A stretch of DNA of 54,283 nt from a virus (lineage: Duplodnaviria; Caudoviricetes). The stretch lies in IMG/VR virus record IMGVR_UViG_3300045922_000602, positions 1-54,283 of that record. The stretch is one strand, 5' to 3'. Shown here piece after piece: positions 1 through 8,462 of this stretch. The notes beneath the pieces were generated by a model. It searched no databases. It was not told where the DNA came from and saw only the letters and a list, made by a program, of their open reading frames with translations. Made by a program: the position numbers and the translations under genes. Numbering within the stretch: position 1 is the first letter of the stretch; the number at the start of each line of letters is the position of its first letter.

Positions 1-126
1 CGCAAATTCGGCCATTCCCGTCTACGCCACAGTCCGGAGGATATGTTTATGTTGTTCCTCAATGCTCCAGCAGCAGCTAATGGTCTACTCATCTACGACA
101 AGGATCGTCATCCCTGCGGCAGTCTC
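1..126. repeat. Terminal direct repeat (circular assembly overlap), copy 1
   Basis: Bases 1-126 are identical to 54151-54276, implying a circular or circularly permuted unit of 54150 bp. Confidence 0.95.
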
Positions 127-313
127 CCCCCCCCCCGTCGGCGTGTATGCCCTCCTACCAGCGAATTACCACAGTGTGTGGATTTGCCGTGAACGCCCAA
201 ATACCATCCAACTCGGCTTTCACTATGTCATGTTCTCTTGGGATTACTGTACTTTTGCGCCCGAACGACCTAGATCCCACCGCCGAAAGTCCTCTACGGA
301 GTCACAATGCTGA
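43..313 (+). pseudogene. Small-paralogue array member, frameshifted at a C11 tract
   Basis: GGAGG then ATG at 43 gives MFMLFLNAPAAANGLLIYDKDRHPCGSL. After the C11 run (126-136) homology to 545..796 continues in another frame (GVYALLPANYHSVWICRERPN). Confidence 0.75.
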
Positions 314-543
314 CCATCTTAACCAGCATGTCCCATGGCGAAGTACTTGTAGTGCGTGGCCCAGACCGGCGTAGTTGGGGTGATCTATCCCCGCAGGGTC
401 TCTCGGCTTACGGTTTTGCCAACGGTCGAAGTGGTATGGTCATCTCCCGTTGTGGTGCGGTTGCCTTCTGTGTAAGTCCGCCCTATATCCAAGCACATAC
501 CGACTGTGCGATCATCGAAGTCAAGGGGAATAGGAGGAAATAA
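307..543 (+). CDS. Small hypothetical protein, paralogue array
   Basis: Start overlaps the upstream stop (ATGCTGA); close paralogue of 917..1171. Confidence 0.75.
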   Translation: MLTILTSMSHGEVLVVRGPDRRSWGDLSPQGLSAYGFANGRSGMVISRCGAVAFCVSPPYIQAHTDCAIIEVKGNRRK

Positions 544-544
544 C

Positions 545-796
545 ATGCTATTCCTCCACGCCCCCCAAATGGATGATGGGCTGTTTATCTGCGACAGGAA
601 TCATAATCACTGCGGCAGCTTTACCACCCTCGGTGTGGATGCCGTTCTACCAAAAGGGTATCACAGTGTGGGGTTTTGCCGCGAACGCCCAAATATTATT
701 CAATTCGGCTTCCACCACGTCGCCTTCTCTGAGTATGATTGCACCTTTGTGCCCAAACACTCCCGGTCCAACCGCCGGAAGCCACCACGGAGGTAA
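545..796 (+). CDS. Small hypothetical protein, paralogue array
   Basis: AGGAGG RBS; close paralogue of 43..313 (MLFL...CGS...GV.A.LP..YHSV..CRERPN). Confidence 0.8.
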   Translation: MLFLHAPQMDDGLFICDRNHNHCGSFTTLGVDAVLPKGYHSVGFCRERPNIIQFGFHHVAFSEYDCTFVPKHSRSNRRKPPRR

Positions 797-797
797 A

Positions 798-923
798 ATG
801 CTAACCCTCGCAATTAGTATCTTCAACAGCGGGTCACTTGTAGTGCACGATTCGACATTTGTGGTTCACGATTCAGATCACCATGCGGCACAGTTGCCAC
901 TTGACAAGAGGTACATATGCTAA
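798..923 (+). pseudogene. Truncated paralogue-array member
   Basis: GGAGG RBS. MLTLAISIFNSGSLVVHD matches the N-terminus of 917..1171, has an internal VVHDS duplication, then runs into a copy of the 1151-1175 sequence. Confidence 0.6.
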
Positions 924-1171
924 TCGCAGCTAGTATCTTCAACAGCGAGACACTCGTAGTGCGAGACCCGGATCACCATTCTGTTTGGGGTAGCTTCTCG
1001 CAGAGAGGTATCACGGCCTTCGACCATAGCATCGGTCGGAGTAGTCTGCTCATCACCCGTTTTGGCAGGGTCGAATCCTACGTAAGCTTTCGCTATGCCA
1101 AAGCATATATCGACTGTGCGCTTATCGAAATCGAGGAGGACAGGGATAAATGCGGCGCAGCTGGCACTTGA
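917..1171 (+). CDS. Small hypothetical protein, paralogue array
   Basis: GAGG RBS; paralogue of 307..543. Confidence 0.8.
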   Translation: MLIAASIFNSETLVVRDPDHHSVWGSFSQRGITAFDHSIGRSSLLITRFGRVESYVSFRYAKAYIDCALIEIEEDRDKCGAAGT

Positions 1172-1196
1172 CAAGCAGACCGCAATTTGTTATAGT
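1168..1196 (+). promoter_or_regulatory. Sigma70-type promoter
   Basis: TTGACA-17 bp-TATAGT with a TG extension; the ATG at 1203 follows after 6 nt (leaderless geometry). Confidence 0.75.
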
Positions 1197-1202
1197 GCGC
1201 AT

Positions 1203-1427
1203 ATGCTAATCGTAAAAAACAAACCTGATGAAAGTACTTTGACACTACACAATTTGACTGGGCAAATGTGTGGGTGGATCGACACATCAAGCCTCTGTGC
1301 CCTCTCCCCCCGGAGATTAAAAAGCATATGGGTTTTTCGCTCCTTTGACTGCGTCCGACGTGAGAGGCACTCTGTAATTCATGCAGCGTGGCACTCTTGT
1401 GCCTTCACCACAGAGGACATATGCTGA
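1203..1427 (+). CDS. Small hypothetical protein, paralogue array
   Basis: MLIVKN...CGWIDTSSLCALSP...VFR fits the array consensus. Confidence 0.75.
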   Translation: MLIVKNKPDESTLTLHNLTGQMCGWIDTSSLCALSPRRLKSIWVFRSFDCVRRERHSVIHAAWHSCAFTTEDIC

Positions 1428-1633
1428 TACGAGCTGATGCCGGTCATTTCATCGTAATCTCCAGTCATAATCGCTTTTGCGGGTATATCGACTCGTTCGG
1501 CTTTCGCGCCGTCTGTCCATCACCCAAGTACCTCACTCAGGTCTTCCGCGACTCCACAGAGCCACGCCAAGTATCACGGTTCAAGGGCCATTTCGTTGGT
1601 ACATACAGCAACGTGTGCTTCGTATCATGCTGA
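1421..1633 (+). CDS. Small hypothetical protein, paralogue array
   Basis: GAGGA RBS, ATGCTGA coupling; CGYIDSFGFRAVCP...VFR motif. Confidence 0.75.
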   Translation: MLIRADAGHFIVISSHNRFCGYIDSFGFRAVCPSPKYLTQVFRDSTEPRQVSRFKGHFVGTYSNVCFVSC

Positions 1634-1911
1634 TCGCAAAGGACATATACGGCACTTTGGCCCTTTTCGCAAGGGGTTCCAATTTGCCTGACGAAGACGG
1701 CCTCTGTGGCCACGTGTATGATGACGGTATCGTAGCCTACTTCCCCGGAAAGGGGTTTCACCGCTGTGTCCTTATACGCCGTGTAGATAGCTATGTTTCA
1801 CAACCATTCTTACCATTTGGAGTGAAGGCGTTATGTCACGAGACTCAGTGCTCACTGCCAGGTTCGAGCGCGGGGAGATCCTCTTCTACGCGCGAGCGAA
1901 GAGAGCGTTGA
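1627..1911 (+). CDS. Small hypothetical protein, paralogue array
   Basis: ATGCTGA coupling; CGHVYDDGIVAYFP...LIRR motif. Confidence 0.7.
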   Translation: MLIAKDIYGTLALFARGSNLPDEDGLCGHVYDDGIVAYFPGKGFHRCVLIRRVDSYVSQPFLPFGVKALCHETQCSLPGSSAGRSSSTRERRER

Positions 1912-2063
1912 CTTGTTGTGGTCATCTCAATGACATGGGGTTGACCGCCCTGGTAGACAAATACGCTCTCGGGTGCACTGTCGAGCGCAGTGGGGCGTAC
2001 CAATCGCCTCGTTGCATCATGGTCGCCTCTGTGCGCCCCGACAAAGTAGCATTTCTTGAATAA
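1833..2063 (+). CDS. Small hypothetical protein, paralogue array
   Basis: CGHLNDMGLTAL...VER...PDKVAFL motif; start is ATG 1833 or GTG 1848. Confidence 0.7.
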   Translation: MSRDSVLTARFERGEILFYARAKRALTCCGHLNDMGLTALVDKYALGCTVERSGAYQSPRCIMVASVRPDKVAFLE

Positions 2064-2071
2064 CCCCGCTT

Positions 2072-2305
2072 ATGACCGCGAGAGTAACAGATAACAGCGT
2101 TATCTTCTACGATCATACAAGCCGCTCAATCGGCTTGCTAGGCCCCTACGGCTCTAATATTTGCCTCTACGGCTGGCTGCCGCAGAAGCACCTGGTGGAG
2201 ATCGTATGCCGCGATAGCTGGTCCCCCTTTGATGCTGCTATGCGAAACTTCGTCTCAGCCTCACCCACCTCTGTGTACTATCTCAAGCCCCCCGAAACGT
2301 GTTGA
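2072..2305 (+). CDS. Small hypothetical protein, divergent array member
   Basis: TARV...VIFY N-terminus resembles 1833..2063; IG.LG..G pattern. Confidence 0.65.
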   Translation: MTARVTDNSVIFYDHTSRSIGLLGPYGSNICLYGWLPQKHLVEIVCRDSWSPFDAAMRNFVSASPTSVYYLKPPETC

Positions 2306-2375
2306 TTTTATTAGTGCTTTTTGTTTGTAACAATGCCTCATTTTTTGCCTCCCAACAGTCGAGGAACCAAAAGTC

Positions 2376-2693
2376 GTGATTCACAAGATCCTCACCGCTC
2401 TGCTTTTGTTGGTGGTTACGCCGCTGCTGACCTACTTGGCGCTGCGTGAGACCAGCCACCAAACTCTCGGTATGCCGCCAGCATCCGAAGAGTTCTATCG
2501 CCGCGTGCTGGAGGTTGAGAAGCATTGGGATATCTTCGTCCGTAGGTTGTTCGGCTGTCATCCAGCGCCTGCGGTTACGGGGCCTGACACGTGTAGCCCC
2601 CACCTCGGCGATATCGACTATACAAGTTACAGCAAGTGGACGCGGGCCGCAAAGAAGCTCATGGAGGAAAAAGATGTTCCCTGTGGAAAATGA
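2376..2693 (+). CDS. Hypothetical protein with N-terminal hydrophobic anchor
   Basis: GAGG RBS, GTG start, ILTALLLLVVTPLLTYLAL segment. Confidence 0.65.
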   Translation: MIHKILTALLLLVVTPLLTYLALRETSHQTLGMPPASEEFYRRVLEVEKHWDIFVRRLFGCHPAPAVTGPDTCSPHLGDIDYTSYSKWTRAAKKLMEEKDVPCGK

Positions 2694-2937
2694 AGCTATC
2701 AGGTTCTTGCGCGCCGTGCGGGCCGCCCTGCCGGGCCGTAGAATGCTACACATCGACGAGTTGTATCGTCTCGCACGTACAAGGCATAACAGCTCGTTCG
2801 CGTATGAGATAGTGGCCAATGACCCGGACGACTCGGACGCAATCGAGGCCCTCCGCCGTCGTGCTTCCTCTCTACAAGACGAACCAAGGGTATTGGTAAT
2901 GGTGTGTAAAGACAACCCAGAAGGGATTGACGCGTGA
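2674..2937 (+). CDS. Hypothetical protein
   Basis: GGAGG RBS before ATG 2674; stop overlaps the next GTG start. Confidence 0.7.
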   Translation: MFPVENEAIRFLRAVRAALPGRRMLHIDELYRLARTRHNSSFAYEIVANDPDDSDAIEALRRRASSLQDEPRVLVMVCKDNPEGIDA

Positions 2938-3671
2938 CACTATCATTCAGCCGCCTCTCAGCATTCATGATGTGCCCGTCGTATTTCGCGGCCAAATACC
3001 TATTGGGTGTGCCAGAACAAGAATCACCCGAAATGTATTACGGTAAGGTCGTACACGCACTGCTTGCCGAACAGTTCGGCGGTCCCTCCAGCGTACGCGA
3101 AGAAGATCGCACGCTGCTTGAGCAGGTTGCTCCGGAGATTTTAGCCCGTGCGAAAAACGCCGCCGAGCGTGTAAAGGCCTTTTGGCCAGCAGCGGACGTA
3201 GTCGCGGTTGAGCGGGATTTCGAGTGTCAGCTCCCAAATACCGGTTTCATCATACGAGGCCGATTTGACATGCTCGAACGCAGACCGTCCGGTGTTACGG
3301 TTGTTGATTGGAAGACAGTAGGGTCAAGCCGCTATGCCGTTGAGGCTGCTGCCGCCAGACATGCCATGTCTTTGCAGGGCACAATCTACTATCTCGCGAC
3401 TCGCCAGTTTTTTAAGGACGTCAACCCCCGTGTGCACTTCGTCTCGATCAATGACACAGAAGTCCGCGACGAGGTAGTAGAGATCCACGAAGCCCGCGTG
3501 CACCGCGACATCAACAGCATTGTGTATTATGCGGAATCCCTGCAGCAGCTACTCCAGATGCCGCCGGAGTTATGGCCACTGAATACGACCGCATGCGTGC
3601 AAGGTACACGTCTTTGTCCATATTACGATTTACATAAGGACCCTTTCAATGATGCAACCAAAGAAACTTAG
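2934..3671 (+). CDS. PD-(D/E)XK nuclease (RecB/Cas4-like exonuclease)
   Basis: LSFSRL...CP, G..VH.LL, GRFD and VDWKT motifs; C-terminal C...LCPY. Confidence 0.85.
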   Translation: MTLSFSRLSAFMMCPSYFAAKYLLGVPEQESPEMYYGKVVHALLAEQFGGPSSVREEDRTLLEQVAPEILARAKNAAERVKAFWPAADVVAVERDFECQLPNTGFIIRGRFDMLERRPSGVTVVDWKTVGSSRYAVEAAAARHAMSLQGTIYYLATRQFFKDVNPRVHFVSINDTEVRDEVVEIHEARVHRDINSIVYYAESLQQLLQMPPELWPLNTTACVQGTRLCPYYDLHKDPFNDATKET

Positions 3672-4446
3672 CCAGGTGTTCCAAAATTTGAAGCTGAAAA
3701 TTCTGATTTATGGCTCACCAGGTACTGGCAAGACAACGTGGTGTGGGGGTGCACCACGTCCGCTGTTTGTTGCTTGCGAGACAGGCGTAGCTAACGGCTT
3801 GCTGCCGTTGGTCAGCCGCTCCGATGTGCGCTATGTTGAGGTCAAGTCTCTGAAGGAGTTGGATGACTGCCTCAAATTCGCGGCAACGGATCCGGACAGT
3901 GACACCGTTGTTCTCGACTCCGTGACGGCGATGGTGCAGACATTCATCCGCGCTGCTGCACTCGCCATCCCTCGCCGTTACGGTGACACTGACAAGCGTC
4001 GTGCCGGTATACCTGAGCTGGATGACTATGGTGTGATGGGCGAGTTGCTGAGGAGCCGCATACACCGTTTGTTAGAGATCGACAAGCATATCATCATCAC
4101 CGCATTGTCTAAGTTCCGTGAGCCTGATGTGGAGAAGGGTGTCCCCGCTGCTATGGGTCCCATGCTGCCGGGTCAGGCTTTCGAGGCTATACCGGGGATG
4201 ATGGACCACGTATTCTATCTAGAGTCAAAGCGAGCCGTAAAGAACAGCAAGACAGAGTACTACCGCATCATCCACACGGTCTCGCCTGGAGTGATTTTGG
4301 CCAAGACGCGCATCAGTGGTGCACTTCCGCCACAATTGGCATGGGATGGCACGGACGATAGTCCGGGTAGTTTCCAATCAATTTCGCACGCAATTCGAGA
4401 AAAAATTTCTTCATATAATGAAGAAAAAACTGCACAAGGAGGTTAA
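3649..4446 (+). CDS. AAA_24 / Sak4-like phage nucleotide-binding recombination protein
   Basis: Walker A GSPGTGKTT, Walker B VVLDS; lies between the nuclease and the SSB-like gene. Confidence 0.85.
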   Translation: MMQPKKLSQVFQNLKLKILIYGSPGTGKTTWCGGAPRPLFVACETGVANGLLPLVSRSDVRYVEVKSLKELDDCLKFAATDPDSDTVVLDSVTAMVQTFIRAAALAIPRRYGDTDKRRAGIPELDDYGVMGELLRSRIHRLLEIDKHIIITALSKFREPDVEKGVPAAMGPMLPGQAFEAIPGMMDHVFYLESKRAVKNSKTEYYRIIHTVSPGVILAKTRISGALPPQLAWDGTDDSPGSFQSISHAIREKISSYNEEKTAQGG

Positions 4447-4449
4447 AAA

Positions 4450-4839
4450 ATGTCGTTTATTGACGCAACTTATGGGGACTTGGAACTGTCAAATCTTATC
4501 CCTGAAGGGGAATACACGCTCCAAGTTTATGAAGCTGGGATTAATGAACGTGGTGACGTCGAAATCCACGCCTCTGTGTTAGAGGTTGGCACAAATCGCC
4601 GATTCCGATTTCCAGCCCGGCAAGAATGGGCAAAGCCCGCTTTCTTCCGCTTCTTGCGCGCGTGCGGTGTTACCGGCGATCCCGGTGATACCGTTCCAGT
4701 GCTGCTCGAGCGGATAAGGGAGTTACGTCCCGAGGTGCGTGCTCGAATCGAGCACACCACGGGCAGCAATGGTCGCAGGTACGACAACATCAGTCTCTTT
4801 AGCTTCCAGCCAGTAAATCAAACAGCCGAGGCGGTGTAG
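4450..4839 (+). CDS. Putative single-stranded DNA-binding protein (DUF669-like)
   Basis: LIPEGEY N-terminal motif, acidic composition, synteny with Sak4-like gene; GGAGG RBS. Confidence 0.6.
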   Translation: MSFIDATYGDLELSNLIPEGEYTLQVYEAGINERGDVEIHASVLEVGTNRRFRFPARQEWAKPAFFRFLRACGVTGDPGDTVPVLLERIRELRPEVRARIEHTTGSNGRRYDNISLFSFQPVNQTAEAV

Positions 4840-4848
4840 GCTTAGTGC

Positions 4849-7305
4849 ATGCCCACTCCGGTCTGCAAAGTCAGTGGGTGTAATGGGTGTCCCATGCGGG
4901 ACGCCTATCCAAACAACACATTCGTTGAGCCGAAGCACGGGACCAGGCCAACGCTGTTGATCATCGGCGAGGCCCCCGGGCGCGAGGAAGCTGAGCGTGG
5001 AGAACCATTTGTTGGGGGTGCGGGCCGTTTGCTACGCGGCTCGCGCCCCGAATCTTCCATCGGCTCCGGCGGTCTCCTCGGTCTCGCGGGCATCTTGGAG
5101 AGTGACGTCACAATCCTCAACACGATCCAATGCCGCCCGCCCGATAACGTGTATCCCGCAGATCCTAAGGCTACATATCTAGACGAGCCGCGCCGCATGC
5201 AGGCTGTGCACCACTGCCTCCGCACGTATGTACAGCCTCAGATTGCGATTCGACCATGGAGGGCCATCGTCGCCCTCGGCGCATGGGCCTTTCGCGCTTT
5301 GGTCGATACGGACCTCAAGATCACTGAGGCACGTGGCTTCCGCTTCGATTGTCGGTACAAGTCCGGCACTCCGGTCTATCCAACAATCCATCCGGCGGCG
5401 CTCATGCGCCAGCAGAGTGAAATCCCATCGGTGGTCAACGACCTCGCCAAAGCCGCACGCTGCGAGCCCTATGAGGAGAATCTCAACACACGTCCTAGCG
5501 TAGGCGACGTGCTCGCACTTGCCAATTCGCCAGTCATCGCGGTAGATATCGAGACTGGCGTGGATGGCGCGATCACTCACATCGGCCTCAGCGCCAAGCC
5601 GCACGAGGGCCTCGTGGTGCCCGCGACGAAAACCTATCTGGAAGTTGTGAAGCGCGTGTTGCACAGTACACGGGCGTTGGTGGGGCACAACCTAATTCAT
5701 TTCGACTTGCCTCATTTACAGCGTGCAGGTCTCACGCGCAATTATGAGGAATATTGGGACACTATGCTGATGCATCATTTGCGTCATCCCGATTTGCCTC
5801 ATAGCCTCGAATACGCCGTCTCCACCTACCTCGACGTGCCGCCGTGGAAACAGGCGATGCAGGAAGACATTGAGCTATACTGCGCTCGTGATGTCTGCCG
5901 CACCATGGGGTTGTTCCGGAAGCTTTGGGGGGCATTACGGACCACACGGGGGAGTAGTTTCAACCGCCGTTTAGACATGCGGACACTGCTCGACTTGTAC
6001 AAAGACGCCTCACTGCCATTGGCATTTTTGTGTCAACAGATGTCCGATGTTGGGTTATACGCGGACCCCCTTGCGATGGACGTCATGCGCAAGGAACTGC
6101 TTCGTAGGCGCGACGAACTCGCAGCCCAGCTTCCACCGGAACTCGCCCCGGTGATGCATGAAATCCGCCGCCGCATGCCATCCTCGAAGCCGGGGAAGAA
6201 ATTTGAACTCGTGCCCGATACGGAGATCGTGGCGCCATACCGTTCACCGAAAAGCCTCGCTCGGTATCTCTATGACCGCCTCGGTCTGCCTGCGCAGCGC
6301 AACTTGTCGACCGGTCGCACCTCCGTGGACCGTGTCGCGCTTATGCACCTGCGCAGTCTCGTGAAAGACGCGGACCAGAAGAAGTTACTCGATGTGCTAG
6401 AGGAGATTCGCTCCATTGAGACTCAACTCAGTAACTTCCTTTCTGCAACTCGCGCAGGCCGCCAACACCCACAGTTTCTCGTTCACGGTACCGCCACCGG
6501 CCGACTAAGTAGCAGTAACCCGAATGTGCAGAACATACCCGAGGAATTGCGGAAGGTATATGTACCACGTGATGGGTATGTGTTCGTCGAAATAGACTTC
6601 TCTTCGCTAGAAAACAGACTGACTGCGTGGTACGCCAATGATACAGAGCGCCTAAAGCGCTTCGAGGACCGCTCGTTTAATGAGCATAGGTGGATGGCCT
6701 CGCAGTTATTCGGCGTGCCATATGAGAAGGTTCCGAAGGATAAGTCCCGAGAGTCAATGTACACGCGGGCGAAAATCGTCATTCACGGCAGTAATTACTT
6801 GATGGGTGCGCGCAAAATTGCATGGCAGTATGGATTGCCCGAGCGTGAGGTCAAAGACCTGCTGACGAAACTCTACACCCGCTTCCCGGCGACGAAGCGT
6901 TGGCAGGAGGCCACTGTGAAGAGAGCGCAGCGCGGCCCGTTAGCTAACGCCTACGGGCGGATGCGCTGGTTTTGGACCTCCACGCTCGCCACCGAGGCCG
7001 TAGCGTTCCTCCCACAATCCACCGGTGCGGACGTCTGCTTCGAAACCATGATCCGTCTGATGTGGAACCGCACACCGATGACGGAACAGCGCGCGCGCCA
7101 GCTATGGGGAGACGATATTGAGCCGTTGCCGGACGACGTCTATATTGTCTGCCAGGTCCATGACTCGCTGCTTTTCGAGGTGCCGCGTGAAAAGGCCGAG
7201 GCTGTGTTGGCACGGATCATACACGTTGCAGAGCAACCGCGTAAGCGCCTCCTCGGGCTGGTTTTACCTGTGGAGGGGAAAATTCTGAACAGATGGGGGG
7301 AATAA
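4849..7305 (+). CDS. Family A DNA polymerase with N-terminal family-4 uracil-DNA glycosylase domain and 3'-5' exonuclease
   Basis: UDG motifs GEAPG..E...GEPFVG, CRPP.N, HPAA; exonuclease motifs DIET, HNL..FD, YCARD; polymerase motifs TGRLSS..PN.QNIP, DFSSLE, HDS. Confidence 0.93.
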   Translation: MPTPVCKVSGCNGCPMRDAYPNNTFVEPKHGTRPTLLIIGEAPGREEAERGEPFVGGAGRLLRGSRPESSIGSGGLLGLAGILESDVTILNTIQCRPPDNVYPADPKATYLDEPRRMQAVHHCLRTYVQPQIAIRPWRAIVALGAWAFRALVDTDLKITEARGFRFDCRYKSGTPVYPTIHPAALMRQQSEIPSVVNDLAKAARCEPYEENLNTRPSVGDVLALANSPVIAVDIETGVDGAITHIGLSAKPHEGLVVPATKTYLEVVKRVLHSTRALVGHNLIHFDLPHLQRAGLTRNYEEYWDTMLMHHLRHPDLPHSLEYAVSTYLDVPPWKQAMQEDIELYCARDVCRTMGLFRKLWGALRTTRGSSFNRRLDMRTLLDLYKDASLPLAFLCQQMSDVGLYADPLAMDVMRKELLRRRDELAAQLPPELAPVMHEIRRRMPSSKPGKKFELVPDTEIVAPYRSPKSLARYLYDRLGLPAQRNLSTGRTSVDRVALMHLRSLVKDADQKKLLDVLEEIRSIETQLSNFLSATRAGRQHPQFLVHGTATGRLSSSNPNVQNIPEELRKVYVPRDGYVFVEIDFSSLENRLTAWYANDTERLKRFEDRSFNEHRWMASQLFGVPYEKVPKDKSRESMYTRAKIVIHGSNYLMGARKIAWQYGLPEREVKDLLTKLYTRFPATKRWQEATVKRAQRGPLANAYGRMRWFWTSTLATEAVAFLPQSTGADVCFETMIRLMWNRTPMTEQRARQLWGDDIEPLPDDVYIVCQVHDSLLFEVPREKAEAVLARIIHVAEQPRKRLLGLVLPVEGKILNRWGE

Positions 7306-8057
7306 TGAACCAGTTTTGGGTCGTTGTTTCTGATCTTCACTACCCCGAGCATCATAAACACACGTGGAATGCCGTGATGGATTTCATACGCCGGAACAGA
7401 GAAAGCATCGGCGGCTTCGTGTTTCTCGGGGACCAGTTTCATTTTGAGGCAATTTCCCACCACAACGACAACAAGCCACTCTACCAGCCCCCGGCATCTT
7501 ATTTGCGTGATGTTCGCGCGTTCGAGAAAAACATCCTCTCCAAGTTAGACCCCGCGCTGCCGGAGAAGGCCCCCCGTGTGTGGATGCTGGGTAATCATGA
7601 GCGTTGGGAACGGGACTTCGTTGAGCGGTATCCGGCATTGGAGGGTACACTGGATCACACGCGCTTGCTGCGTTTGGTGGAGCGAGGCTGGCAGGTCATA
7701 TCATACGGCGGTGTGTACAAGATAGGCCGATTACATCTCATTCATGGTGATGGCTTCCGGGGCAAGTATCCGGCGGCTCGCTCTGTGGAAGCCCTCTGCG
7801 CGAATGTGTTGATGGGTCATCACCACTCGCCGCAGCAATTCACAAAGATGGCGTTTCGCACAGAGGACCGCTGGTGCGGGTGGGTCGCTCCGGCAGCTTG
7901 CAATCTACGTCCACGCTATGTCGGCAATTACCCCACCGGCTGGTTGAATGGCTTTGTAGTCGTGGAAATCGCCCCGCCGCGCCGGGACTTCGCGGTTCAC
8001 CAGCTCATCACTTTGAGGGGTCGTGTGCTATTTGGCGGGCAGAGGTACGGGAGTTAG
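7305..8057 (+). CDS. Calcineurin-like metallophosphoesterase
   Basis: SDLH, GD, GNHE, HG and GHHH motifs; TAATG coupling to the polymerase gene. Confidence 0.88.
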   Translation: MNQFWVVVSDLHYPEHHKHTWNAVMDFIRRNRESIGGFVFLGDQFHFEAISHHNDNKPLYQPPASYLRDVRAFEKNILSKLDPALPEKAPRVWMLGNHERWERDFVERYPALEGTLDHTRLLRLVERGWQVISYGGVYKIGRLHLIHGDGFRGKYPAARSVEALCANVLMGHHHSPQQFTKMAFRTEDRWCGWVAPAACNLRPRYVGNYPTGWLNGFVVVEIAPPRRDFAVHQLITLRGRVLFGGQRYGS

Positions 8058-8462
8058 CTATACCACCCGTTGCCCCGTTACAGCTCTTGAGACGATGGAC
8101 ACCGGCGGTTTTGGCAACATTCGACGCGCCCCATTTTTCACAATCTTCTTATACCAGTAGTGGTAAATACGTTCACCGGGGAATGGTAAGTTGAGATAGT
8201 CTTTCTTCTGCGCCCATCTCCAGGCGGAACGCAGTGGCGCTAGGGCTGTGAAATATAGCTTTGAATCATTCCACGAGGCTTCAAACCGCCCGCGTAAGAG
8301 TGCATCACCAATTTCAATTGCGGTCAGGTCTCGGACATCGACATCAGCAAGACCTGTTTGGTGCCAGAAACGGCTACTGTGATTAAGCTGGTTTCGTGAT
8401 TGTGATGACAACCCCGCCACGTGTTCGTAGTAATATTTTGTGAGCAGTTCACCAAGGGTCAT
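8058..8462 (-). CDS. Tyrosine-recombinase core-binding (SAM-like) domain protein without a catalytic domain
   Basis: TLGELL..Y...LS..S, V.DLT..EI...L and L..LRS.W.WA...YL pattern; only 134 aa, no catalytic R-H-R-Y motifs. Confidence 0.55.
   Translation of the reverse strand: MTLGELLTKYYYEHVAGLSSQSRNQLNHSSRFWHQTGLADVDVRDLTAIEIGDALLRGRFEASWNDSKLYFTALAPLRSAWRWAQKKDYLNLPFPGERIYHYWYKKIVKNGARRMLPKPPVSIVSRAVTGQRVV

Noticed and set aside
1-126. Physical direct terminal repeat of the virion DNA
   Set aside because: The length and mid-gene position fit an assembler overlap; real termini cannot be determined without reads.
2934-3671. Cas4 as part of a CRISPR system
   Set aside because: Context (Sak4-like ATPase, SSB, polymerase) indicates a phage recombination nuclease.
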